From: Bacteroidales bacterium UBA1184
GTDB taxonomy: Bacteria > Bacteroidota > Bacteroidia > Bacteroidales > ML635J-15
Assembly: GCA_002310235.1 (NCBI GenBank)
Contig: DBYO01000049.1
Coordinates: 31,215-95,214, forward strand
Direction of reading: 5' to 3'
Length of the DNA stretch: 64,000 bases
Shown here: in pieces, positions 36,880 to 47,300 of the stretch
Position numbering within the stretch: the first letter of the stretch is position 1
Layout of the letters: each line of letters starts with the position of its first letter
Position numbers and translations under genes: made by a program
Notes under the pieces: generated by a model
What the model was told of the DNA's origin: nothing
Database searches by the model: none
The model's input: the letters and a program-made list of their open reading frames with translations, nothing else

Positions 36880-38088
36880 ATGATTGAAGATAAACGCAAG
36901 TTGAATACGGTTGAGGAAGCCATTGAAGATTTCAGACAAGGTAAAATCGTTATAGTTGTTGACGATGAGGACAGGGAGAATGAAGGCGATTTCATAGTAG
37001 CTGCCGAAAAAATAACCCCAGAGATCGTTAATTTTATGTTGCATAATGGTCGTGGCGTGTTGTGTGCGCCTATTACCGAGGAGCGTTGTGAGGAGCTTGA
37101 GCTTCAGCATCAGGTTTCGAACAATACTTCGATGCTCGGCACTCCGTTTACAATTACTGTAGATAAACTAGAAGGTTGTACTACAGGCGTTTCGGCTCAC
37201 GATAGGGCTGCCACCATTCGTGCTCTCGCCGACCCAAAATCAAAACCTGAAACCTTTGGTCGTCCTGGACATATAAATCCACTTTATGCAAAGAGCAAGG
37301 GCGTGCTTCGTCGTGCCGGACATACCGAGGCGTCAATTGATTTGGCACGTTTGGCAGGTCTTTATCCAGCTGCTGCATTAATCGAAATCATGAACGAAGA
37401 CGGTACTATGGCTCGTTTGCCTCAGTTGTTTGAGGTGGCCGACAAGTACGGACTTAAGATTATCTGCATTGCCGACATTATAAAGTACCGCCTGCAGACC
37501 GAGAGCCTTGTTGATATGGGCGACCGCGTGTTCCTGCCTACCGAATACGGCAATTTCGATGTAATTCCTTTCCGCCAGCATTGCAACGGACTCGAGCATG
37601 TTGCACTGATAAAGGGTGAATGGAAGCCCGATGAGCCTGTGCTTGTGCGTGTACATTCGAGTTGTGCCACTGGTGATATCTTTGGTTCGAAGAAATGCGA
37701 CTGCGGAACCCAGTTGCACGAATCAATGAAGATGATTGAAAAAGAAGGCAAGGGCGTTTTGCTTTACCTCAATCAGGAAGGACGCGGAATAGGTCTCATG
37801 AACAAGATTGCTGCCTACAAACTGCAGGAGCAGGGTTATGATACCGTTGAGGCAAATCTGCACCTAGGATTTAAGGATGATGAAAGAGACTATGGCGTTG
37901 GCGCTCAGATATTAAGGCATATTGGCGTAACAAAGATGCGACTAATAACCAACAACCCACGCAAACTTGCTGGAATTAAGGGTTACGGACTCGAAGTGGT
38001 GGAAACTATTCCAATAAAGGTTGAGCCCAACCAGTACAATAGGTTCTATCTCGAGACCAAGGCAAAAAAGATGCAACATAAATTATAA
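36880..38088 (+). CDS. ribBA: Bifunctional 3,4-dihydroxy-2-butanone-4-phosphate synthase / GTP cyclohydrolase II
   Basis: The RibB half has [16 protein letters not shown] and GHTEASIDL. The RibA half has the zinc ligands [20 protein letters not shown] and NQEGRGIGL. Confidence 0.95.
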   Translation: MIEDKRKLNTVEEAIEDFRQGKIVIVVDDEDRENEGDFIVAAEKITPEIVNFMLHNGRGVLCAPITEERCEELELQHQVSNNTSMLGTPFTITVDKLEGCTTGVSAHDRAATIRALADPKSKPETFGRPGHINPLYAKSKGVLRRAGHTEASIDLARLAGLYPAAALIEIMNEDGTMARLPQLFEVADKYGLKIICIADIIKYRLQTESLVDMGDRVFLPTEYGNFDVIPFRQHCNGLEHVALIKGEWKPDEPVLVRVHSSCATGDIFGSKKCDCGTQLHESMKMIEKEGKGVLLYLNQEGRGIGLMNKIAAYKLQEQGYDTVEANLHLGFKDDERDYGVGAQILRHIGVTKMRLITNNPRKLAGIKGYGLEVVETIPIKVEPNQYNRFYLETKAKKMQHKL

Positions 38089-38127
38089 ATTTCTTACGGA
38101 GAAAACTATCCCGTATTGAGAATAATA

Positions 38128-38135
38128 TATATTTG
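38128..38135 (+). promoter_or_regulatory. Candidate -7 promoter box (TATATTTG)
   Basis: TAnnTTTG match 45 nt upstream of ATG 38180. Confidence 0.4.
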
Positions 38136-38179
38136 CATCCCTATTGAAATAGAATTACTAACTTTAAATTAAATAAACA

Positions 38180-39109
38180 ATGAAAAGGAATTTACTAATC
38201 GCAGCAATTGCATTGTTGGCAGTTGCATTTGTTTCATGTCAGAAAGATGGCGTTTACAAGCCAAAGAAAAAAATCGCTAAGATTTACAACGAGTGGACAA
38301 CAACAACCGTTACCACCGATTCAGACGGTTCAAAAACTGTTACTTATGTTCAGAATCCTTTCGTAGCAGAAGAATGGACTTGGGGAGACAAGACCTTGAC
38401 CAGTTTAATGCACAAGGATAAGGACGGTAAGGTTACTTCAACTGTAAACTATACATATGATGACAAGAATAGGATTGCTGGCTGCACCTGCGGTAACGAT
38501 AAGGCTGAATATGTTTACAACGACGACAAGAAGTTGCAGAGCATAAAGATTACTGATACCAATGACCCAGACTATTCTATAGTTATCGAAATCACTTATG
38601 CAGATAAGCTTCCTGCTTCAGTTAAGACTGTTAGATCATATACCTTGAAGAAGCTCTCTGCTTTCGAAAAGAGCGTTATTCCTAGCTGCATTAGCGACGC
38701 TATCGATGCTGATCAGATGCATAGCAAGGCTACTGTTTCTTCGACCTACAATACAACAATCGAATGGGACGGCAAGAATATTTCTCAGGTTGTAACAACA
38801 GGTGAAAAAGACTACAAGTACACTGCTACTTTCGAATATGATGCTAAGCTCAATCCTTATAAGGGAATGTATGTAGATTTTGAGGATAATAATTTCGAAG
38901 ATGCATACTCAAAGAACAATGTTTTAAAGAAAACTGTAGTTATTGCTAATGGTATTGGAACTTCAACAGATGTAACTGAATACGCTTACGAATATGATGG
39001 TAAGATGCCTTCGAAGATTACTTATACTTATGAGGAAGAAGAAACTGTTCTTGGCGTAAACTACAAGAGAACTTATGTTAACGTAACAACTTTCGAATAC
39101 ACTAAGTAA
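38180..39109 (+). CDS. Hypothetical lipoprotein with degenerate YD-like repeats
   Basis: Lipobox VAFVSC. Recurrent Y.YD/N..(K/N)(R/K)(I/L) motifs: NYTYDDKNRI, EYVYNDDKKL, TFEYDAKLNPY and YAYEYDGKMPSKI. Confidence 0.6.
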   Translation: MKRNLLIAAIALLAVAFVSCQKDGVYKPKKKIAKIYNEWTTTTVTTDSDGSKTVTYVQNPFVAEEWTWGDKTLTSLMHKDKDGKVTSTVNYTYDDKNRIAGCTCGNDKAEYVYNDDKKLQSIKITDTNDPDYSIVIEITYADKLPASVKTVRSYTLKKLSAFEKSVIPSCISDAIDADQMHSKATVSSTYNTTIEWDGKNISQVVTTGEKDYKYTATFEYDAKLNPYKGMYVDFEDNNFEDAYSKNNVLKKTVVIANGIGTSTDVTEYAYEYDGKMPSKITYTYEEEETVLGVNYKRTYVNVTTFEYTK

Positions 39110-39130
39110 TTGAAATTTATTACAATACAG

Positions 39131-39162
39131 GAGGCTGTCTCATTCGGGCAGCCTCTTTTTTT
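39131..39162 (+). terminator. Intrinsic terminator
   Basis: GAGGCTG-N11-CAGCCTC followed by TTTTTTT. Confidence 0.75.
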
Positions 39163-39194
39163 GCTTGTTTCTTGCGAGTAATGTTTTTTTGTTG

Positions 39195-39202
39195 TACCTT
39201 TG
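39195..39202 (+). promoter_or_regulatory. Candidate -7 promoter box (TACCTTTG)
   Basis: TAnnTTTG match 24 nt upstream of ATG 39226, inside the track's N-terminal extension. Confidence 0.4.
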
Positions 39203-39225
39203 CTTTTTGGATTAGAGTTTTTAAA

Positions 39226-40302
39226 ATGAACGGGAAAATATTGATATTAAGTACGATATGCTTCATGCTGCTTTTTTCTGCATGCAAATCAGACTTTGAA
39301 GTTAACGATAAATGGAGCGATTCGCCTGTTGTGTTTTGCGTTATCGACAAGTCGCAGGACATGCAGTATGTAAAGGTTAACAAAAGTTTTCTCGGAAAGC
39401 TGCCAGCATCTGATATGGCTTCGGTGTCAGATTCTCTGTTTTACAATTGCGATGTACAGGTGAAGTTGAATAGAAAACAGGGAAATAGTGTTCTTAAAAC
39501 ATGGAATTTCCGGAAGGTTGATAGTATTCCCAAAGAATCTGGGTATTTCGCAAGCGATAAAAATTCAATATGGGTTGGAACTCCTGATATTTCAAGCGAT
39601 TATGTGTATGAGTTGGAGGTCAATATCGACAATGGAAGGATAATTGCCAAGGGTGAGACTGGTGTCGTTGATGGTGTGAAAATAAAGACTCCGGATGAGA
39701 GAGCTCCTAAGATTGAGTTGGCAAGGTATAACAACGATTTTACTGTAGTGTATTCTATGGGTAAAAACTCTAATCTTGTGCAGACATGTGTTTATTTCAA
39801 CTATTTAGAGGTTAAGAATACTGGAGATACCGTGTCCAAGACGATAGAAATATACAACAATACCGAATACAAGGTTAGTGCAAGTACGTTTACCACTGTT
39901 GAACAAGCATTTACAGTCGCATCATTCTATAGTTCTCTCGCAGCACAGATTAATGCAAATGATGAAACTGTCGTGAAACGTTTGGTGAGAATGCCGGATT
40001 GCATAACTTTTGCAGTTTCATCGGCTGATGAAAATTTATACACGTACATGCAGGTTACAAAACCATCGGGAGGAATAGCTCAAGATCGACCGATATTTAC
40101 AAATATATACGTTGATCCGGAATCAAAACTCAGTAATACAACAGCATACGGACTTGTTGCTTCGCGTTATACTGTGAGTTTGTCGAAGGCGGTTGGTTCA
40201 GAGACACTAGATTCTATCGCAAGGGGAATTCATACCAAAAATTTGAAGTTCCAGCCGTGGACAGATAATTACTATATTACGCATAAACCTTATATTAACT
40301 AG
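39226..40302 (+). CDS. Hypothetical lipoprotein
   Basis: Re-anchored to ATG 39226 (MNGKILILSTICFMLLFSAC lipobox). I recognise no domain with confidence. Confidence 0.6.
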   Translation: MNGKILILSTICFMLLFSACKSDFEVNDKWSDSPVVFCVIDKSQDMQYVKVNKSFLGKLPASDMASVSDSLFYNCDVQVKLNRKQGNSVLKTWNFRKVDSIPKESGYFASDKNSIWVGTPDISSDYVYELEVNIDNGRIIAKGETGVVDGVKIKTPDERAPKIELARYNNDFTVVYSMGKNSNLVQTCVYFNYLEVKNTGDTVSKTIEIYNNTEYKVSASTFTTVEQAFTVASFYSSLAAQINANDETVVKRLVRMPDCITFAVSSADENLYTYMQVTKPSGGIAQDRPIFTNIYVDPESKLSNTTAYGLVASRYTVSLSKAVGSETLDSIARGIHTKNLKFQPWTDNYYITHKPYIN

Positions 40303-40343
40303 TTCGCTTTTAGAATAAATAAGTTTATCGTAAAAATATTATT

Positions 40344-40381
40344 GCTGGCGTAGTGGTTCAACTCTACGCCAGCCTTTTTTA
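40344..40381 (+). terminator. Intrinsic terminator
   Basis: GCTGGCGTAG-N10-CTACGCCAGC followed by CTTTTTT. Confidence 0.85.
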
Positions 40382-40453
40382 TGCGTGTTTGAATGTTGAT
40401 TTTTAGGGAATAAATCAATGATAAAACCTATTTTGTGTTTGTAAAAGATTTTG

Positions 40454-40461
40454 TAACTTTG
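40454..40461 (+). promoter_or_regulatory. Candidate -7 promoter box (TAACTTTG) for tmk
   Basis: TAnnTTTG match 25 nt upstream of the ATG. Confidence 0.4.
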
Positions 40462-40485
40462 GCACTTTAATGTCGGAGGATTGAA

Positions 40486-41172
40486 ATGGCATTTATTGTG
40501 ATAGAAGGTCTTGATGGCGCAGGCAAATCCACACAGGTAGAACTGCTTTCAAAGTATTTGCAGACAGAGGGTAAGAGCGTCGAGTACGTGCATTTTCCAA
40601 CTGGCAATTCCGAAATTTTCGGTGATATGGTAAATCGTTTTCTGCGTGGTGAGTTCGGCGGTTTGTCGGATGTTAATCCGTATCTTGTGTCGTTGCTCTT
40701 TGCTGGCGACCGTTACAATATGGCTCCTACCATAAATTCATGGTTGGACAAAGGTAAATTTGTGATAAACGACAGGTATGTGTATTCCAATATCGGTTTT
40801 CAGTGTGCTAAGATCAAAGACGAAGCGGAAAAACGTAGGTTATTCGATTGGATTTTGAATCTCGAATTCAACTATTTCAAGATTCCGCGTCCCGACCTCA
40901 ATATATTTCTCGACGTTCCTTTTTCGTTTACCGAAAAGCGTTTGGCTGAGAATCGTACAGGCAAGGATCGTGAGTACCTTAATGGTAAGACCGATATTCA
41001 TGAGGCTGATCTCGATTTCCAACGCAAGGTGCGGGAGACTTATCTTAGGGCTGCCGAAATAGATGAGCGTTTGGTTCGCATCGATTGCTCGTGTAACGGT
41101 GAAATGCTGCCTGCCGAAAGCATCTCTGCAAAGATTGTAAATGAATTGAAAAAACATAATTTTATAAAATAA
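40486..41172 (+). CDS. tmk: dTMP (thymidylate) kinase
   Basis: P-loop IVIEGLDGAGKST, the DRY motif (NDRYVYSN) and a size of about 228 aa. Confidence 0.85.
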   Translation: MAFIVIEGLDGAGKSTQVELLSKYLQTEGKSVEYVHFPTGNSEIFGDMVNRFLRGEFGGLSDVNPYLVSLLFAGDRYNMAPTINSWLDKGKFVINDRYVYSNIGFQCAKIKDEAEKRRLFDWILNLEFNYFKIPRPDLNIFLDVPFSFTEKRLAENRTGKDREYLNGKTDIHEADLDFQRKVRETYLRAAEIDERLVRIDCSCNGEMLPAESISAKIVNELKKHNFIK

Positions 41173-41178
41173 CCAACT

Positions 41179-42711
41179 ATGAAGATTATACGAAATTTAT
41201 TTAGATGGATTGTAGGAGCAACATTCTTGTTCTCAGGTTTTGTGAAGGTTATCGATCCTCTAGGCTATGGATACAAGATTGCAGACTATCTTGAGGCGAT
41301 GAACCTTTCTGCTATTGATGGTGCAGCTTTGCCATTGGCAATTGCTCTTTCTGTATTGGAATTAGTGATAGGTTTTTCTTTGTTTTTTAACCAACTTCCA
41401 AAACTCGGAGCCTTGGGTGCATTGCTTATGATGGTGTTCTTCACTCCGCTGACATTATGGTTGGCTATTGCTAATCCTGTGTCGGATTGCGGATGTTTTG
41501 GCGATGCACTAGTGATAACCAACTGGCAGACTTTCTTCAAAAATCTTGTTCTGTTAGCTATGGCAATATTGCTTTTCTGGCAGCGTAAGAAGCTGAAAAC
41601 TACATACCATACTGGAATACAATGGGTAATAATGTTTGTTGTTGGTTTCGCTTCTCTCGGACTTGGCTTATATTGCCTTAAGACTCTGCCTATTATCGAT
41701 TTCCGTCCATATCATATTGGAGCTAATATTGCAGAGGGAATGGTTGTCCCTGAAGATGCTCCAAAACCTGTGGTTGAAAGCTATTTTGTTTACGAAAAAG
41801 GTGGTAAGCAGCAGGAGTTCACCATTGACAATCTGCCCGATTCTACATGGAAATTTGTCGATGCAAAGCATAATGTAATCGATCCTGGCTATGTGCCACC
41901 TATTCACGATTTTACAATGACTAAACCTTTTGCTGGCGGTTCGTCGGTACAAGTTGATGTGTATGGTATTGAGCTTGTGTACAAAAATGAAGACGGCGAA
42001 CAGATGTATGCCGATGTTACATCGGTTCCAGATGCGTCGTGGAAATACGACCACTATATGTGCGATGATTGCGAAAGTGATATCGATGTTGCAAAGATTA
42101 GGATAATATACAACGATGCAGAAGGGAAACCTGTTGTCCTAGGTGTTGATGAAGCTCCTGAGGAACTCGAATTCGCCGATGCCGAATATGTGGACGAAAG
42201 TGGTCCCGACGACATCGCTCCATCGGTATTGGCTGACGAAAGATATTCGTTCTTGATGATATCGTTGCGCCTCGAAGATATGGAAACTGAACATCTTGCC
42301 GAATTTGACTCGATAGCTCATTTCGCAGCCGATAATAATATGGGATTCTATTGCATGACATCGTCTAACGAGGCTGAGATTACAAACTTTATTAACGAAT
42401 ACAATCCCAAATACAAATTCTACAATACAGATCCTATAACTTTGAAGACTATAGTTCGTTCAAATCCAGGTCTTTTGCTTATCCGTAAAGGTACAGTGCT
42501 TGGAAAGTGGCACGATGGTAATTTGCCTAAGGTCGAAACTCTCAAAAACGATTTGACAGGCAGCTCAATGACATATCAGCACAATCAGCGCGACAGATTG
42601 CTGTACATTGTATGGATACTCTCGACATTGCTGGTAATGGCATTGATAAGAATTGTCTATAATTGGTTGCTTAAGAATAGATATATTAACGATAAAAATG
42701 ATTTGTTATGA
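41179..42711 (+). CDS. MauE/DoxX-like membrane domain fused to an extracytoplasmic region with a thioredoxin-like C-terminal fold (the family found upstream of tpiA in Bacteroides)
   Basis: The N-terminal TM helices carry the SDCGCFGD motif typical of MauE/DoxX. The C-terminal block [16 protein letters not shown] looks TlpA-like but no CxxC is visible. The final TM helix is [17 protein letters not shown]. Confidence 0.65.
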   Translation: MKIIRNLFRWIVGATFLFSGFVKVIDPLGYGYKIADYLEAMNLSAIDGAALPLAIALSVLELVIGFSLFFNQLPKLGALGALLMMVFFTPLTLWLAIANPVSDCGCFGDALVITNWQTFFKNLVLLAMAILLFWQRKKLKTTYHTGIQWVIMFVVGFASLGLGLYCLKTLPIIDFRPYHIGANIAEGMVVPEDAPKPVVESYFVYEKGGKQQEFTIDNLPDSTWKFVDAKHNVIDPGYVPPIHDFTMTKPFAGGSSVQVDVYGIELVYKNEDGEQMYADVTSVPDASWKYDHYMCDDCESDIDVAKIRIIYNDAEGKPVVLGVDEAPEELEFADAEYVDESGPDDIAPSVLADERYSFLMISLRLEDMETEHLAEFDSIAHFAADNNMGFYCMTSSNEAEITNFINEYNPKYKFYNTDPITLKTIVRSNPGLLLIRKGTVLGKWHDGNLPKVETLKNDLTGSSMTYQHNQRDRLLYIVWILSTLLVMALIRIVYNWLLKNRYINDKNDLL

Positions 42712-43469
42712 GAAAGAAAATTGTTGCAGGAAACTGGAAAATGAACACTACTGTAAGTCAGGGCAAGGCTTTGGCCGAAGAGTTGAACGCCTTCATGAAG
42801 ACTTATGATATGCCAGCTAACAAGACCGTAATTATTGGAACTCCGTTTACTCATTTGTCCACATGCGTTGCTGCCGTCGATACAAAGAAAATACATGTTT
42901 CGGCACAGAACTGCTCGCAATATGAGAAAGGCGCATATACTGGCGAAGTTGCAGCAAACATGATTAAAGATCTCGGCGTTGAGTTTACTATAATCGGACA
43001 TAGCGAGCGCCGTCAGTATTTTGGCGATACCGATGAGGTTATTGCTACTAAGCTGGATCAGTGCTATGCCAACGGGCTGTCACCAATACTTTGCTGTGGC
43101 GAAAAACTTGAAGAACGCGAGGCAGGAAAGCATTTTGAGGTCATTGAGTCGCAGTTGCGCAATGCTCTTAAGAATGTTTCGGCTGACAACTTCAAGAATA
43201 CTATTGTTGCATACGAACCAGTATGGGCAATAGGTACAGGCAAGACCGCTACTCCAGAGCAAGCCGAAGAAATACATGCTTTTATCCGTGGATTGTTGGC
43301 AAAGTTATACAATGCACAGATTGCTGACGATACAACTATTCTTTACGGAGGTAGTGTAAATGCTGGCAATGCAGCTAATTTGTTCGCTCAGCCCGATATC
43401 GATGGCGGACTTGTTGGCGGAGCTTCGCTCAAGGCTAACGATTTCATTAGCATAATAAAGGCTATTTAG
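42708..43469 (+). CDS. tpiA: Triosephosphate isomerase
   Basis: Has [25 protein letters not shown] and GGASL. It shares a 4-nt ATGA overlap with the upstream gene. Confidence 0.96.
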   Translation: MRKKIVAGNWKMNTTVSQGKALAEELNAFMKTYDMPANKTVIIGTPFTHLSTCVAAVDTKKIHVSAQNCSQYEKGAYTGEVAANMIKDLGVEFTIIGHSERRQYFGDTDEVIATKLDQCYANGLSPILCCGEKLEEREAGKHFEVIESQLRNALKNVSADNFKNTIVAYEPVWAIGTGKTATPEQAEEIHAFIRGLLAKLYNAQIADDTTILYGGSVNAGNAANLFAQPDIDGGLVGGASLKANDFISIIKAI

Positions 43470-43483
43470 TAGTAACGATACAT

Positions 43484-43520
43484 GGCATGGGAAAGATATA
43501 TCTTGCCCATGCCGTTTTTT
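43484..43520 (+). terminator. Intrinsic terminator after tpiA
   Basis: GGCATGGG-N14-CCCATGCC followed by GTTTTTT. Confidence 0.75.
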
Positions 43521-43558
43521 GATTGTGCAATAAAAGACATAAACGTAAAATAAAGTAT

Positions 43559-44380
43559 ATGAACTATTTGGAACTTTCAATCGAGATACCTCGTAGCAAT
43601 CCGTCCCTTTCCGATATATTGGTGGCGTTCCTCGCAGAACAGAATTTCGACAGTTTTAGTGAGGAGAATGGAAAACTATTGGCTTATGTGGCCGAGGATA
43701 AATATGTTAGGGCTGATGTTGACGAAATATTAGGTCAATTTGGCGTGGAGGCATCCGTAAAAGTCATTCCGCAAGAGAACTGGAACAAGCAGTGGGAAGA
43801 AAACTTTTCGCCAATAGTCGTTGACGATAATCTTGCTATCAAGGCTCCTTTCCATTCCGAAACGTTCAATACTAAACATACGATTGTAATAGAACCCAAA
43901 ATGTCGTTCGGAACAGGTCATCATGCAACTACATCGATGATGTGCCGCCTGATTGCCGAACTTGACCTAAATGGTAAAACAGGTCTTGACATGGGATGTG
44001 GAACAGGAATTTTGGCGATATATGCGTCAATTCTTGGAGCTGCAAAGATATATGCAATAGATATCGATGAGTGGGCTTACGAGAATACAGAAGAAAATGC
44101 GGCTCGAAATGGTGTCGGCAATATTATAGCATCGCAGGGCGATGTGGAGGATATTCCCGAGGTGGATTACGATTTCGTATTTGCAAACATAAATCTCAAT
44201 ATCCTGAAAAAACAAATACCAACATATGCTCGTCTTATGAAAAAGAATGCGGTATTGCTTCTGAGCGGGTTCTTCTTAACCGAAATTGATCAGATAAAGC
44301 AAGTTTGTGCCGATTGTGGCCTTACCTTTGCAAAGTGTATTTCAGAAGAGGAATGGACGGCTTGTGTATTTGAAAAATAG
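43559..44380 (+). CDS. prmA: Ribosomal protein L11 methyltransferase
   Basis: Re-anchored to ATG 43559 (MNYLELSIEI). It has FGTGHHATT and the SAM motif DMGCGTGILAI. Confidence 0.9.
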   Translation: MNYLELSIEIPRSNPSLSDILVAFLAEQNFDSFSEENGKLLAYVAEDKYVRADVDEILGQFGVEASVKVIPQENWNKQWEENFSPIVVDDNLAIKAPFHSETFNTKHTIVIEPKMSFGTGHHATTSMMCRLIAELDLNGKTGLDMGCGTGILAIYASILGAAKIYAIDIDEWAYENTEENAARNGVGNIIASQGDVEDIPEVDYDFVFANINLNILKKQIPTYARLMKKNAVLLLSGFFLTEIDQIKQVCADCGLTFAKCISEEEWTACVFEK

Positions 44381-44389
44381 ACTGATAAT

Positions 44390-47300
44390 ATGAAAAAATT
44401 ATTTGCTATATTGATATTCGGCTTTGTTGCTTTGGGAGCATCGGCTCAGTTTACCATGGAACCCACCAAATTTGGAAAGGAATTTGCGCAACAGCTTACT
44501 TTTACAGGCGATATGCGCAAAGATGGTGCTGGCATGCAAAAGGAATTCCTTGCTTTTTGGCAGTCTGATACGCTTACTTCGCCTCAGCGCGACAACTTTA
44601 TCAGAACTGTGAACCAGTTGTTGTCCAAAGGTTGCAAACCATATCCCGATTTTGTACGTTTTACAAATATCCTTATGACATTTAAGCGTCGTGGGTACGA
44701 TTATAGTCAGTATGAGAAATATGAAAAGACTTTGCAGGACATGGTCGCTGCTGGCCGAAAAACCAGAGTTAACGACCTCTCTGAGTTCTTGATGAATATA
44801 AACTTGCTAGTAACTAAGAATATAATAGCCAACAATCAGCGTACTAACTGGACGGTCAACAAAATGAACTTTTTGTTTTTGCACGAAAATGGAAGTTTTA
44901 AAATAAAGTTCGATGATGTTGATCTAGTTGGTCACCAAGATAGGGATAGCTTGAAATTGTATGCTACTTCGGGAGTGCTTGATCCAATAGCTAAGACTTG
45001 GGTTGGAAAAGGCGGAACTCTGGGTTGGGAGCGTGTTGGCTATCCAATCGACAGTATGAGCGTAATTGTTGATAATTATACGCTTAATATGACAGAAATC
45101 GCATTAAAGGCCGATAGTGTAGTGTTTCACAACAAGTATTACTTCACTCAGGATTTGATGGGAGACTTGCTTGATAAGGCACAGAATGGCGAGAAGCCAT
45201 ACAAGTCGTCGTATCCGCGTTTTACAAGTTATTCTCAAAACTTTGATATAAAAGACATTGTAAAAGATGTTGACTATCGTGGCGGTTTATCAGTAAGAGG
45301 TAGGAATTTTATAGGTAGCGGAACCGACAACAATAAGGCCGAAATACGAATAACCAAGAACGATAGTGTTTCGTTTAGCGCATATGCAAATTCTTTTGTT
45401 TTTGATCCAGAGAAAATTGTTTCCGACGATTGCGAAATAGTGCTTCGGCTAGGAACAGATTCTATATATCATCCTTCGGTTACAATGCGTTATACTTTGG
45501 TGAAACGCAAATTTGAAAAGGAGCAGCAGGAGAAGACTGGTCGTAACCGTAAGGCGGAGAAGCAATACGATTATAAAGAAAATGGATACCTTGAGGTTAT
45601 TAGGACTAAGGAAGGCCGTTCCAACATAAATTTTGTCGATACCTATCATCAGCTTTCTATGGACTTTACATCATTGAAATGGGTGATAGACAAGCCTGTA
45701 ATCGACTTAGCTACTATTAATACACAGGGAACTCCTAGCGAAGTGGTTTTCGAGTCGGCTGATTATTATACATACGACAAGTACCGGGCGTTGAAAAAAC
45801 AGGATGCACGCAATCCTCTCGAAGTAATCGCATCGGTGGTTAGTTATGTGGGAGGATACCCCGAGTTTACACTTACCGACTTGTGCAATTATATGAAAGT
45901 GGGTCGCGATCAGGCTTTGCAGCTTGTGTATGCTATGACCTACAAGGGATATATTTCATACGATCAGTCAAAAGAAATTATCAAAGTTCACGATGAAACT
46001 TGGCGATTCCTAGCCGCTCATAATGGCGATTCCGATTCCGATGTAATATTGTTTTACAGTAAAGTAAAATCGGCCGAAGGCGTAATGGTTGACAAGGATA
46101 CCAAACAGGTGGTACAGAGTGCAATAGGAAACGATACTGTAGCAAATGCAAAATTAAGCCTTGCTAATTTCGACTTGAAGATGTTCGGTGTGCCATATGT
46201 GCATCTATCCGATTCTCAAAATGTTACGGTGTATCCTAAGGGAAATAAATTGGTTATTCAAAAGAATAGAAACTTTATTTTTGACGGGTTGTTGCAGGCA
46301 GGACAATTCTATATGTATGGTTCCGGCTTCCGTTTTGACTATGGTATGTTCAAGATTGATGTGCCAAATTGCGATTCAATGAAAATTGTGGCAATGACTA
46401 CTCCCGAAATGGGTTTTCTCGATCAAAACGGACAGACCAAGGTTGCTATTGTTAGAAATAAACTCGAAAACCTGTCTGGGGATTTCTATATTGATTATCC
46501 TAACAACAAGTCGGGATTTGCCGACTACAAGGAGTATCCTAAATTGGTGTCGAAAAAGGATTCATATGTTTATTATGATAGCCCTCAAGTTTACAATGGA
46601 ATATACGAGAGGGATAAATTCTATTTTAAGATAGATCCGTTTACCCTTGATAGTATCGAAGGATATAACAAGGATAACATACATTTCAGTGGCGTGCTTG
46701 TAAGTGGAGGAATAATTCCTGATCTGAACGAGACACTTGTAGTACGACAGAGCGACTGGTCGCTAGGATTCGAATATAAGACTCCAGCTTCTGGAATGCC
46801 TATATATAACGGCAAGGCAACCTTTAAGAATGTTATCGATTTGAGCAATAAGGGATTGCGCGCAGATGGAACAATCAATTATCTTAGTACTACATTCAGT
46901 GATGCCTACGTTACATTGTTCCCCGACGAGATGGAGGGGCACTCTAAAAACATGGTTATGGAACAGCGTAAATCACCTGTAGAGTTCCCCAAAGTTGTAG
47001 GTGTGGAAAATTCTCTGCGTTGGAAAGTAAGTAAGGATAAGTTCCATGTGGAAAAAGATACATCCAATTTCGTTATGTATGATGGTAAGGCTAAATTAGA
47101 CGGTAATTTGGTAATAACCTCCAAGGGATTGCATGGCGAGGGAACGACCTTTATTGATAAGGCTATGCTTGAGTCGAAAGATTTTGTTTATAACAAGGAT
47201 GTCTTTGATGCCGATACTGCCGATTTTAGTATTTTCGGAGCTAACGTTTCTGACAGAGTGTTTGACGGTTCTGGTCAGAAGGCACATATCGACTTCTTGG

